DNA from: Gemmatimonadota bacterium
GTDB lineage: Bacteria; Gemmatimonadota; Gemmatimonadetes; Longimicrobiales; Gaopeijiaceae
Direction: 5' to 3'
Assembly: GCA_034521595.1 (NCBI GenBank)
Contig: JAXHMG010000003.1
Coordinates: forward strand, 2,656,001-2,720,000
DNA length: 64,000 nucleotides
Numbering within the stretch: the stretch's first letter is position 1; each line of letters opens with the position of its first letter. This document shows positions 9,490 through 19,167 of the stretch, in pieces. Under the pieces are notes generated by a model. It had not been told where the DNA came from. It worked only from the letters and a program-made list of their open reading frames with translations, and made no database searches. The position numbers and the translations under genes are program-made.

Positions 9490-10320
9490 ATGCAGCGTAT
9501 CCTCCGAGCCGCTTTCGTCTCACTCGTGCCGGTCGCGCTCGTAGGTCTCGGAGCCCCGGCCCTGGTGAGCAACGGCGACGGCGAAGATTCCGGCCCCGCC
9601 GCGGCCGCGCCGACCGACCTTGCGGTGGACGAGCGCCCCGGCCGGTACCCCTTCTATTGGACCCGGGCGATCTACTCCAGCGGCTCGAGCGGTGGGTTCT
9701 ACGGCTGGGGGCGACGCGAAAGCTGGGCGACCGACTTCCCCAAGAGCGACCGCCAGTTCGTCACGGTGCTGAAGCGGCTCGTCGAGATCGACGTGTGGGA
9801 CGGCGAGAACGCTGTGCGGCTCGACGACCCGATCCTGAGACACTTCCCCCTCCTGTATATGGTGGAGGTCGGATACATGGACCTCGGCGACTCCGAGGTC
9901 GAAGGGTTGCGCAGCTACCTGGAGGCCGGTGGATTCCTCATCGTGGACGATTTCTGGGGTGCTCGGGAGTGGGCCGTGTTCCAGGAGAACATGGGGCGGG
10001 TCCTTCCGGACAAGCCCATCGTCGACCTTCCGCTCGAACACCCCATCTTCAGCACCTTCTACGACATCGAGGAGGTGAAACAGGTCCCCGCTCGCGGACG
10101 CGGGATTCCAGGTGGCCCGCCCGCTGCGGAGTGCCGCGGATGCGAGCCGACCGTGAGGGGGATCTTCGACGACGACGGCCGGCTCATGGTCGTCATCAAC
10201 TGGAACACGGACCTCGGCGACGCATGGGAGTGGGCTGAAGACCCCCGATACCCGTTGGAGTACTCGACGTACGCTTACCAGATGGGCGCGAACATGATCG
10301 TCTACGCCATGAGTCATTGA
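9490..10320 (+). CDS. DUF4159 domain protein (copy 1)
   Basis: WATDFPKSDRQF; LRSYLEAGGFLIVDDFWG; INWNTDLGDAWE; MGANMIVYAMSH. Confidence 0.9.
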   Translation: MQRILRAAFVSLVPVALVGLGAPALVSNGDGEDSGPAAAAPTDLAVDERPGRYPFYWTRAIYSSGSSGGFYGWGRRESWATDFPKSDRQFVTVLKRLVEIDVWDGENAVRLDDPILRHFPLLYMVEVGYMDLGDSEVEGLRSYLEAGGFLIVDDFWGAREWAVFQENMGRVLPDKPIVDLPLEHPIFSTFYDIEEVKQVPARGRGIPGGPPAAECRGCEPTVRGIFDDDGRLMVVINWNTDLGDAWEWAEDPRYPLEYSTYAYQMGANMIVYAMSH

Positions 10321-10348
10321 TGAACCTTCGGCGTGGGATCCGGCGCGC

Positions 10349-12634
10349 ATGAACACGGTGTTCGAGTTCCTGTTCAAGTACCGTCCGCTCGTCTTCGAGC
10401 AGGGCGACTTCACGCTCGCGGCCTCGGGAAGCGCGCGGATCTGGATCGGTGTGGCCGCGGTGGCGGCGATCGCCGTCACCGCTTCGTACACTTACGCTCG
10501 CGGACGCAGCACCCCCGTCGAACGCGGGATCATGGCCGCGCTGCGCGTCGGGCTGGTCCTTCTGCTCGCGTTCGCGCTCCTCCAGCCCACCCTCGTGGTC
10601 TCCACGGTGGTTCCGCAGCAGAACTTCGTCGGCGTGCTCATCGACGACTCCCGCAGCATGAGCCTCACCGACGGGGCGGAAGAGCCGCGCAGCGCGTTCG
10701 TCGATGCTGAGCTCGCCCCCGGCGACGGCAGCCTCGTGGACGCGCTCTCGGAACGGTTCGTCCTCCGTTATTTCCGCTTCTCCGACGTCGCCCGGCGCAT
10801 CAACGACTTCGGGGAGCTCGACTTCTCGGGCCCTCGGACCAACCTCGCGTCCGCGCTGGATCTGGCGCGCCAGGAGCTATCGGGCGTGCCGCTCTCGGGG
10901 CTCGTGGTCGTGAGCGACGGCGCGGACACGGGAGACCGTCCGATCACCGAGGCGCTCACGCCGCTGCAGGCCGCGCAGGTGCCGGTCTACACAGTCGGCC
11001 TGGGCGAGGAGGTCATCGAGCCGGATATCGAGGTGGGCCGGATCGAGGTGCCCCGAACCGTGCTCGAAGGGACCACGGTCATGGTCGACGTGGTCGTGAC
11101 GCAACACGGCATGGGGTCGGGGTCGGTGCCGGTCATCGTGGAGGACGACCAGCGGATCCTCACCGAGGAGACCATCGAGCTGGGCGAAGACGGGGATCCG
11201 GTGGTGGCTCGCGTCGGGTTCCAGCTCGACCGCGCGGGCCCGCGCCGCGTACGCTTCCGCATCCCCCCCCAACCCGGGGAACGGGTCGAGCGGAACAACG
11301 CCCGGGAAGTGCTCATCGAAGTCCGTGGAGACCGCGAGAAGATCCTCTATTTCGAAGGCGAGCCGCGGTTCGAGGTGAAGTTCACGCGCCGCGCCGTGGA
11401 GGACGACGAAAACCTCCAGCTCGTCATCCTGCAGCGGACCGCGGAGAGCAAGTTCTTGCGTCTCTCCGTGACCGACAGTACCGAGCTCCGGTTCGGCTTC
11501 CCGACGAGTCGAGAGGAGTTGTACCGCTACCGCGCCCTCGTGCTGGGCAGCGTGGAGGCGTCGCACTTCACCCACAACCAGCTCACGATGATCGCCGACT
11601 TCGTCTCGGAGCGCGGCGGGAGCCTGCTCTTCCTGGGCGGAAGAAGCGCCTTCGCCGAGGGGGGCTGGGCCGGTACTCCCGTCGAAGAGGTCATGCCGGT
11701 GACTCTGGGCGAGCCGGCGGGGGGGCCGGACGGGTTCTTCTCGGAGGTGCGGGTCCGCCCCACACCCGCGGGGTTGGCGCACCCGACCGTGCAACTCGAC
11801 ACGCCGCTCGACGAGGTGGCCGAGCGTTGGGACTCCCTGCCCCCGCTCACGATCGTGAACCCGGTGACCGGGACGAAGCCGGGCGCCACGACCCTGCTGG
11901 CCGGAGAGTCGCCGGATCTCGCTTCCGACCAGGTCGTGCTGGCCTTCCATCGCTACGGGCGTGGTAAGGCGGCCGCCTTCACCGTTCAGGATTCCTGGCT
12001 CTGGCAGATGCATGCCGACGTCCCGGTCGAGGACCGCAGCCACCAGGCGTTCTGGCAACAGATGCTGCGATGGTTGCTCGACGGCGTGCCCACTCCGGTG
12101 GCGGCGTCACTCGATCGAGAGCGCGTCGACCCGGGCACGGCTCTCCGGCTGACGGCCGCGGTCGCCGACTCCTCGTACATCGAAGTGAACGACGCGTCCG
12201 TGCTCGCCCGGGTGACCACGCCGACGGGAGCCATCGAAGAGGTTCCTCTTTCGTGGACGGTGGAGCGCGACGGACAATACGAAACCGAGTTCCGCCCGTC
12301 CGAGGTGGGGGACTACGAGGTCGAGATCGTGGCGGAACGGGGCGGCGAGGTCCTCGGCTCGGGCACGACGCACTTCCGGGCCGGCCCCGGCGACGACGAA
12401 TACTTCGATGCCGGACGCCGCACGTCCCTGCTCGAACGCATCGCCGACGAGACCGGCGGGCAGTCGTACACGCCTCGGTCGGTCGCTTCGTTGCCCGACG
12501 ACATCGCGGTCACCGGGGCGGGGGTCACTCTGGTCGAGGAGCGCGACCTCTGGGACATGCCCGCCATCTTCCTGGCGATGCTGCTCTTGATGGCGGCGGA
12601 GTGGAGCTTCCGGCGACTCCGGGGGCTGGTATGA
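10349..12634 (+). CDS. Membrane protein with vWA domain and class I glutamine-amidotransferase-like domain
   Basis: N-terminal TM helices; MIDAS DDSRS...T...SDG; DFVSERGGSLLFLGG; YGRGKAAAF...WLW; C-terminal TM followed by EWSFRR. Confidence 0.85.
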   Translation: MNTVFEFLFKYRPLVFEQGDFTLAASGSARIWIGVAAVAAIAVTASYTYARGRSTPVERGIMAALRVGLVLLLAFALLQPTLVVSTVVPQQNFVGVLIDDSRSMSLTDGAEEPRSAFVDAELAPGDGSLVDALSERFVLRYFRFSDVARRINDFGELDFSGPRTNLASALDLARQELSGVPLSGLVVVSDGADTGDRPITEALTPLQAAQVPVYTVGLGEEVIEPDIEVGRIEVPRTVLEGTTVMVDVVVTQHGMGSGSVPVIVEDDQRILTEETIELGEDGDPVVARVGFQLDRAGPRRVRFRIPPQPGERVERNNAREVLIEVRGDREKILYFEGEPRFEVKFTRRAVEDDENLQLVILQRTAESKFLRLSVTDSTELRFGFPTSREELYRYRALVLGSVEASHFTHNQLTMIADFVSERGGSLLFLGGRSAFAEGGWAGTPVEEVMPVTLGEPAGGPDGFFSEVRVRPTPAGLAHPTVQLDTPLDEVAERWDSLPPLTIVNPVTGTKPGATTLLAGESPDLASDQVVLAFHRYGRGKAAAFTVQDSWLWQMHADVPVEDRSHQAFWQQMLRWLLDGVPTPVAASLDRERVDPGTALRLTAAVADSSYIEVNDASVLARVTTPTGAIEEVPLSWTVERDGQYETEFRPSEVGDYEVEIVAERGGEVLGSGTTHFRAGPGDDEYFDAGRRTSLLERIADETGGQSYTPRSVASLPDDIAVTGAGVTLVEERDLWDMPAIFLAMLLLMAAEWSFRRLRGLV

Positions 12635-13710
12635 GCACGAAGCCCACGCCCGCGAGGAAAGCGGCCACGCGAGCGGGACCGGCATCCCGGGCTGGCAGGG
12701 TCGCGCTCGTCGGCATCTGGCTCTCCTGTCTCGCCGTCACGGCCTCGGTCACGCCCGCGTCGCTCGAAGCGCAAACCGGGACGCGCGCCTTGATCGTCGT
12801 GGGCCTCGGCGGCACCGACGAGTACCGCCAACGCTTCCACGAGCAGGCGACCACGCTGCGCTCCGCCCTCCTCGAGCGCTACGGTCTCGCGGAATCGAAC
12901 GTCGTTTATCTGGGTGAGCGGGTCGAGCTCGATCCGGAGGTCATCGACGACCGCTCGGTGCGGGAGAACGTGCTCGGCACCCTCGACCGTTTCGCGGAGG
13001 AGGCCGCCGCGGACAACCGGATTCTCGTGGTCCTCATCGGTCACGGGACCTCCGGGCCGAGCGGGACCAACTTCAACCTACCGGGACCCGACCTCGGGCC
13101 GGACGACTTCGCCGCCGCATTCTCGGCCTTCGATGCTCACCCGATCGCGTTCGTCCATACCGGAAGCGGGAGCGGAGCCTTTTTGGAGCCGGTGGCCGGG
13201 CCGAATCGCGTCGTCATCACGGCGACCCGAACGGGCCGTGAGCTGAACGCGACCCGCTTCGGCGAGCACTTCGTGGCCGCCCTGGCGGGTGACGGAGCCG
13301 ACATCGACCGCGACGGAAGGGTCTCCCTGAGGGAGGCCTACACGTACGCCAGGGCCGAAGTCTCACGGTATTACGAATCCGAGAACCAGATCCAGACCGA
13401 GCACGCCACCCTCGTCGACGAAGGCGTGACCGCCGCACCGGAGGACGAAGGCCCTGGGCGTCCCGCCGAGGGCCTCGCGGACGCCTACGCGTTCGGAAGC
13501 TCGGCATCGGCCGGCGTGCCGGACACCGACGACCCCGAGCTGCAACGACTCTACGACGAACGTGCGCAGATCCAGAGCCGCATCGACGAGCTCAGGGCAC
13601 GAGAAGGGTCGATGGACGAGGAAGCGTACCTCGACCGCATGGAAGAGCTGTTGGTGGAGCTCGGGCTCAAGAACCGTGAGATCCGTGCGGCCGGCGGAGG
13701 GACACGGTGA
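12631..13710 (+). CDS. Exported caspase/C13 (clan CD)-fold protein lacking the catalytic Cys, with C-terminal coiled coil
   Basis: ALIVVGLGG; LVVLIGHG; FVHTGSGSG; RVVITAT; ADIDRDGRVS; ATGA overlap with the previous gene. Confidence 0.7.
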   Translation: MSTKPTPARKAATRAGPASRAGRVALVGIWLSCLAVTASVTPASLEAQTGTRALIVVGLGGTDEYRQRFHEQATTLRSALLERYGLAESNVVYLGERVELDPEVIDDRSVRENVLGTLDRFAEEAAADNRILVVLIGHGTSGPSGTNFNLPGPDLGPDDFAAAFSAFDAHPIAFVHTGSGSGAFLEPVAGPNRVVITATRTGRELNATRFGEHFVAALAGDGADIDRDGRVSLREAYTYARAEVSRYYESENQIQTEHATLVDEGVTAAPEDEGPGRPAEGLADAYAFGSSASAGVPDTDDPELQRLYDERAQIQSRIDELRAREGSMDEEAYLDRMEELLVELGLKNREIRAAGGGTR

Positions 13711-16343
13711 AGGCCCGAACGGGGATCGGCCTGGTCTTCGCCCTGTGGATGGGGCCGTTGACCGCGACCGCGGTCACGGCCCAGAGCCAGGACATCGCGC
13801 GAGAAGCGCTCCGCACGGGCGCCTACGACGAGGCCGTGGAGGCGTTTACACGAGCGTTGCGGGCGGACCCGTCCGATGTCGCGGCGAGGCTCGGCCTCAT
13901 GGAATCGCTCATGGCCACGGGCCGCTACGAACGGGCGATCGAGGTCGGCCGGGACGGCTCCGATCCCGAAGCCACCGCCAATCATCTGGGAGAAGCGCTT
14001 CTCCGCGTCGGCCGCCGTGGCGCCGCGGAGGAGGCGTTCGCGCGTGCTGCGGACGCTGGAGGCAGGTGGAGCCTCACCGCCGAGGCCAATCTCGCGGAGG
14101 TTTTGTTCAGGCGAGGCGCCGTGGACGACGCCATGGAACGCTTCGACCGGTTCATCGACGTCTACAACGCCTCGTCCGGGCGTCTCGGCGCTCCCGATCT
14201 GGTGGCGGTCGGGCGTGCGGTGACGTATCTGGGACGGAAGCGTCCGGACCTGTTCCAGGACGCGTTGAGGGCCTTCGACGAAGCCACGGACGCGGAGCCG
14301 GGCTGGCACGCCGCCCGCGTCCGCGCCGGCGACCTGTTCCTGGAGAAGTACTCCAGCCCCGAAGCCAAGGTCGAGTACCAAGCCGTGCTCGCCACCAACC
14401 CGAACCACACGGGGGCCCTGTTCGGAATGGCGCGCGCGCTGGAGTTCGATCGCGACGCGTCGGCCGGCGGTTATCTGGAACGACTCCTCGAAGTCAATCC
14501 GAACCATGTCGAGGCCCGTGCCCTCCGGGCGCGACGCCACCTCACCCGCGGTGACTGGGATGCCGCTCGCGCCGAGGTCGACCGGGCGCTCGAAGTGAAC
14601 CCGTCCTCCCTTTCCGCGCTGACCGCGCTGGCAGGGATCCACTTCGTGACCGGGGACGACGCCGCCTTCGCCGAAACCCGGCGCAGGGTCTTGGAGTTGA
14701 ATCCGCGCCACGCCGGCATGGATGCGACGCTCGCCGACCTCGCGGTCCAAACCCGCCGGTACTCCGACGCGGTCGCACGTGCCCGGGCTGCGGTCGAGCT
14801 CGATTCGGCGTCGTGGGAAGCGTGGGGCCTGCTCGGGCTGAATCGCCTGCGCACCGGACGGATCGCCGAAGGGCGCGAAGCGCTGGAACGTGCCTTCGAA
14901 GGCGACCCCTACAACCCCTGGTTCAAGAACACGCTCGACCTGCTCGACACCTTCGACCGCTTCGACATCCACGAGACGCCGCGCTTCGAGCTCTTTCTGC
15001 ACGGTGACGAAGCCGACCTCCTGGCGACGTATCTGGCTCCGTTGGCGGAGGAAGCCTATACGGCGCTGGCCGAGCGTTACGGGGTCGAGCCCGAGCCGCC
15101 CGTTCGAGCGGAGTTCTACCCGAGCCACGCCGATTTCTCGGTCCGCACGCTCGGCGAAGCCGGCCTCGGCGCACTCGGGGTGAGCTTCGGCCCCGTTCTG
15201 GTCATGGACGCACCATCCGCCCGCACCCGGGGTGACTACAACTGGGCTTCCGTCTTCTGGCACGAGCTCGCGCACACCTTCCACCTCGCCATGACGGACC
15301 ACCGGGTGCCGCGGTGGTTTTCCGAGGGCCTGGCCGTCCACGAGCAGCGGAAAGCGCGGCCCGGCTGGGGGCATCGGCCCACCCTCTCGTTCCTCTCGGC
15401 GCTGCGCGACGGCCGGCTCAAGCCCGTGAGCGAGCTCAACGACGGCTTCATGCGCCCCGATTATCCGGAACAAGTCGTCCACTCCTACTACCAGGCGTCT
15501 CTGGTGTTCGAATGGATCGAAGAGCGCCACGGCTTCCAGGCCATCCGTTCGATGCTCGAAGGGTATCGGCACGAAGAGGACCCGGAGGCGCTTTTCGAGT
15601 CGGTGCTCGGCACACCGCTCGAGGCATTCGACGAAACGTTCGAGACCTATCTCGAAGAGCGGTTCGCCCGCCCTCTCGCCGGACTGCCCGATCGAGCCGA
15701 GCGTCCGGGCACGGGCGCCACTACGTCCGAGCTGGAAGACTTCGTCGAGCGCCGTCCGAACGACTTCGCGGCGCGCCTGTCACTCGGTGCGCGGCTCATC
15801 GAAGCAGGGCGCCTCGAGGAGGCGGAAGGACACCTCCGAGAGGCCGCGGAGATCTTCCCCGAGTACGCGGGGCCCAACGCCCCGCACCTCCAACTCGCCC
15901 GCCTGTACCGCGAGCAGGGGGACTTGGAGCGCGCGGTCGAGAGTCTCGCACGCCATGACGCGCTCGCGGAAGCCAGCTACGAGACACGGCTGGAGCGGGG
16001 CGAGCTGTTGGCCGAGCTCGGCCGGCCCGCCGAAGCCGCGGACGCCCTGGCCGAAGCGGTGCTGATCTGGCCCTACGAGCTGGACCTCCACCGGGAGCTG
16101 GCCGACCGGTACGCGGAGCTCGGCGACCACGACGCGGAAGTCCTGGAACGCCGGGCCGTGGTCGCGCTCGATCCGACCGACCGAGCTCGCGCGTACTACC
16201 GTCTCGCCCGTGCCGAGACGGACGCCGGTCGCACCGAGGAAGCAAGACGGTCCGTGCTTCGCGCGCTCGAGATCGCCCCCAACTACGAGGAAGCGCTCGA
16301 GCTGCTCCTGGAGCTGCGGGGTCGGGCCGGAGGCAACCGATGA
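13707..16343 (+). CDS. Exported TPR-repeat protein with central peptidase MA-like (gluzincin) domain
   Basis: Signal peptide; many TPR repeats; WHELAH...VPRWFSEGLA. Confidence 0.88.
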   Translation: MKARTGIGLVFALWMGPLTATAVTAQSQDIAREALRTGAYDEAVEAFTRALRADPSDVAARLGLMESLMATGRYERAIEVGRDGSDPEATANHLGEALLRVGRRGAAEEAFARAADAGGRWSLTAEANLAEVLFRRGAVDDAMERFDRFIDVYNASSGRLGAPDLVAVGRAVTYLGRKRPDLFQDALRAFDEATDAEPGWHAARVRAGDLFLEKYSSPEAKVEYQAVLATNPNHTGALFGMARALEFDRDASAGGYLERLLEVNPNHVEARALRARRHLTRGDWDAARAEVDRALEVNPSSLSALTALAGIHFVTGDDAAFAETRRRVLELNPRHAGMDATLADLAVQTRRYSDAVARARAAVELDSASWEAWGLLGLNRLRTGRIAEGREALERAFEGDPYNPWFKNTLDLLDTFDRFDIHETPRFELFLHGDEADLLATYLAPLAEEAYTALAERYGVEPEPPVRAEFYPSHADFSVRTLGEAGLGALGVSFGPVLVMDAPSARTRGDYNWASVFWHELAHTFHLAMTDHRVPRWFSEGLAVHEQRKARPGWGHRPTLSFLSALRDGRLKPVSELNDGFMRPDYPEQVVHSYYQASLVFEWIEERHGFQAIRSMLEGYRHEEDPEALFESVLGTPLEAFDETFETYLEERFARPLAGLPDRAERPGTGATTSELEDFVERRPNDFAARLSLGARLIEAGRLEEAEGHLREAAEIFPEYAGPNAPHLQLARLYREQGDLERAVESLARHDALAEASYETRLERGELLAELGRPAEAADALAEAVLIWPYELDLHRELADRYAELGDHDAEVLERRAVVALDPTDRARAYYRLARAETDAGRTEEARRSVLRALEIAPNYEEALELLLELRGRAGGNR

Positions 16344-17143
16344 CCGGGCTCGCTCGCTACGCGCTATGGGTCGCCTGCGCGGCCGGTGGAACCGCCGGAC
16401 TCGTGACCGTGAGCGCACCTCGGCACGTGGAGCCGCCAACGTCGTCCACTGCCAGGCAGGAGACACAGGAGATGACCGTGCCGTACGACGGCCGGTACCA
16501 GTTCGCCCGGATCCGTTTCGAGTCGAGGGGAAGAGGTGGGTTCGGCAGGTTCGGGCGCGGCCGCGAGCCGATGTGGGCTCACGACTATCCACGCGCTGAA
16601 CGCAACTTCCTGAGCATCCTCGACGAAACGACCTACATCGGTATCAACCCGGAGGGGATGAACGTCTTCACCGCGGACGACCCACGCCTCTTCCGGCATC
16701 CCGTCGCCTACATCGTCGAGGTGGGCGCGTGGCGGCCAACGGACGAGGAAGTGGAGGCGCTTTCCGCATACCTGCGGAAAGGCGGATTCCTGATCGTCGA
16801 CGACTTCCGAGGCCGGTCCGCGCTCGACAACCTCTCCCGCCAGGTGAACCGTATCTTGCCGGAGAGCCGGTTGCTGCCGCTCCACGAGGAGCATGCGATC
16901 TTCGACGCGTTCTTCCGGATCGTGCCCGACGAGGTCATCCCCCCGTACGGCAACCAACCGCCACTGTGGTTCGGCGTGTTCGAAGACAACGACCCGGACG
17001 GACGCATCCAGATGGTCGTAAACTACAACAACGATATCGGCGACTACTGGGAGTTCAGCGACCGCGGGTACTACCCGATCGATCTCTCGAACGAAGCGTA
17101 CAAGCTGGGCGTCAACTACGTCGTGTACGCCCATACGCACTGA
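16340..17143 (+). CDS. DUF4159 domain protein (copy 2)
   Basis: WAHDYPRAERNF; YLRKGGFLIVDDF; NYNNDIGDYWE; LGVNYVVYAHTH. Confidence 0.9.
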   Translation: MTGLARYALWVACAAGGTAGLVTVSAPRHVEPPTSSTARQETQEMTVPYDGRYQFARIRFESRGRGGFGRFGRGREPMWAHDYPRAERNFLSILDETTYIGINPEGMNVFTADDPRLFRHPVAYIVEVGAWRPTDEEVEALSAYLRKGGFLIVDDFRGRSALDNLSRQVNRILPESRLLPLHEEHAIFDAFFRIVPDEVIPPYGNQPPLWFGVFEDNDPDGRIQMVVNYNNDIGDYWEFSDRGYYPIDLSNEAYKLGVNYVVYAHTH

Positions 17144-17187
17144 TTCACGTTGGACCGACCTTCACGCCCTCGGGGCCAAGCAACCAA

Positions 17188-18240
17188 ATGGAGACAGCTT
17201 TGACGGACGAAGCGATCGGAACGCTCAACCTCGAGGACGCGGACGACATCGAACTCGCCGACCGGCTGAAGCGCGGCCGGGAAGAAGTCATCGTCGAGCT
17301 GAGGAAGCAGATCATCGGCCAGGACGATGTGATCGAGCAGATGCTGCTCACCCTCTTCGTCGGCGGCAACAGCCTCCTCATGGGGGTGCCCGGACTGGCG
17401 AAGACACTCCTCATCCAGACCGTCTCGGAGGTGCTGGACCTGGAGTTCTCCAGAATCCAGTTCACGCCCGACCTGATGCCGTCCGACATCACCGGTACGG
17501 ACATCATTCAGGAGGACGTGGAATCCGGACGGCGGGAGATGGTTTTCGCGCCCGGGCCGGTGTTCTCGAACATCGTCCTCGCGGACGAGATCAACCGGAC
17601 GCCCCCCAAAACCCAAGCCGCGCTGCTCGAAGCCATGCAGGAGCACCGGGTGACGGTGCAGGGGCGCACCTACGTCCTGGAAGAACCCTTCTACGTCTTC
17701 GCGACACAGAATCCGATCGAGCTGGAAGGCACGTACCCGCTCCCGGAAGCGCAGCTCGACCGGTTCATGTTCGAGATCGTCATCGAGCACCTTTCCGAGG
17801 AAGAAGAGCTCGAGGTGGTTCGCACCACCACGGCGATGCAGGACCCCCAGTTCAATCACGCGATCACCGGCCCCGACCTCGTCGCGTTCCAGGAGCTGAT
17901 CCGCCGCGTGCCGGTTTCCGAGTCCGTCCTCCGTTACGCGGTGAGCCTGGCCCGCACCAGCCGGCCCTCGCCCAACGGCGACTCTCCCGAGTTCGTGAAG
18001 AAGTGGGTCGCGTACGGCGCCTCCGTGCGCGCGGCCCAATACCTGGTGCTCGGCGCGAAAGCACGGGCCATCACGCGGGGACGCTACCACGTCACGTTCG
18101 AAGACATCCGGGCGCTGGCCCATCCCGTGCTGCGCCACCGTGTGCTCACGAACTTCCACGCCGAGTCGGAAGGCCGCAGTTCCGGGGAGCTCATCGACAT
18201 GCTGCTCGATGAGGTGCCCGTGCCTTCCTCCGGGATGTAG
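17188..18240 (+). CDS. moxR: MoxR family AAA+ ATPase
   Basis: GVPGLAKT; RIQFTPDLMPSDITG; LADEINRTPPKTQAALLEAMQE; TQNPIELEGTYPLPEAQLDRF. Confidence 0.96.
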   Translation: METALTDEAIGTLNLEDADDIELADRLKRGREEVIVELRKQIIGQDDVIEQMLLTLFVGGNSLLMGVPGLAKTLLIQTVSEVLDLEFSRIQFTPDLMPSDITGTDIIQEDVESGRREMVFAPGPVFSNIVLADEINRTPPKTQAALLEAMQEHRVTVQGRTYVLEEPFYVFATQNPIELEGTYPLPEAQLDRFMFEIVIEHLSEEEELEVVRTTTAMQDPQFNHAITGPDLVAFQELIRRVPVSESVLRYAVSLARTSRPSPNGDSPEFVKKWVAYGASVRAAQYLVLGAKARAITRGRYHVTFEDIRALAHPVLRHRVLTNFHAESEGRSSGELIDMLLDEVPVPSSGM

Positions 18241-18249
18241 GAGCGACCG

Positions 18250-19167
18250 GTGACGGCGAACGCCCGAAGCGCGGCACGTGGGGCACGGTTTCTCGACCCG
18301 GCGGTGCTCGCCCGGATCAGCAACTTGGAGCTGCTCGCGCGTACCGTGGTCGATGGTTTTCTCACGGGACTGCACCGGTCCCCGTACCTCGGGTTCAGCA
18401 CGGACTTCGCCGAGCACCGCCCGTATATGCCTGGAGACGACATCCGGCGCATCGACTGGCGGTTGTTCGCACGCACGGACCGACACTACATCAAGCTGTT
18501 CGAGGCGGAGACGAACGCGAACTTCGTGGTGCTTCTCGACGTCTCCCGCTCGATGAGCTATGGCAGCCACGAGGTGACCAAGCTGGACTACGCCCGCTAC
18601 CTCGCGGCCTGCCTGGGCTACCTTTCCAACCGCCAGCGAGACAGGGTCGGGCTCGTCACGTTCGATCGGGAGATCGTGGACTATCTGCCGCCCTCCATGC
18701 GCCCGATCGACACCATGCTCCACATGCTCGAGGCGATGCGCGCGGAACGTTCGGGCAACCTGGGACCGCCCCTGCTCCGAGCCACCGAGCTGCTTCGCCG
18801 CAAGGGCATCGTGCTGCTCGTCTCGGACTTCTACGAGGAGCCGGACGACGTTCTGGCCGCGGTCGCGCCGTTACGGTCGCGCGGTCACGACGTGCTCGTC
18901 GTGCAGGTTCTCGATCCGATGGAGCTCGAGTTCTCCTTCGAGGACGCGTCCGGCTTCGAAGACCTGGAAACGGGTGAGCAGATCCCCGTGGTGCCGGAAC
19001 GGCTCCGATCCGAGTATCGCCGCCTGATGGACGAGCATCTGGAAACGCTCGCGACCCGATTCTCGGCGAACGGGATCGACTACCTCCGGCTCGACACGTC
19101 GCAGCCGCTCGACGACGCGCTGCTCCGCTACCTTCTGGTCCGCGAGCGCATGAGGTCCACGCGATGA
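18250..19167 (+). CDS. DUF58 domain (vWA-like) protein
   Basis: GLHRSPYLGFSTDFAEHRPYMPGDDIRRIDWRLFAR; LLDVSRSM. Confidence 0.95.
   Translation: MTANARSAARGARFLDPAVLARISNLELLARTVVDGFLTGLHRSPYLGFSTDFAEHRPYMPGDDIRRIDWRLFARTDRHYIKLFEAETNANFVVLLDVSRSMSYGSHEVTKLDYARYLAACLGYLSNRQRDRVGLVTFDREIVDYLPPSMRPIDTMLHMLEAMRAERSGNLGPPLLRATELLRRKGIVLLVSDFYEEPDDVLAAVAPLRSRGHDVLVVQVLDPMELEFSFEDASGFEDLETGEQIPVVPERLRSEYRRLMDEHLETLATRFSANGIDYLRLDTSQPLDDALLRYLLVRERMRSTR

Noticed and set aside
13551-18723. Long antisense ORFs (673 aa, 535 aa, and others such as 42974-45166 and 36268-37917)
   Set aside because: Shadow frames opposite well-supported genes, expected in high-GC DNA; no recognisable motifs
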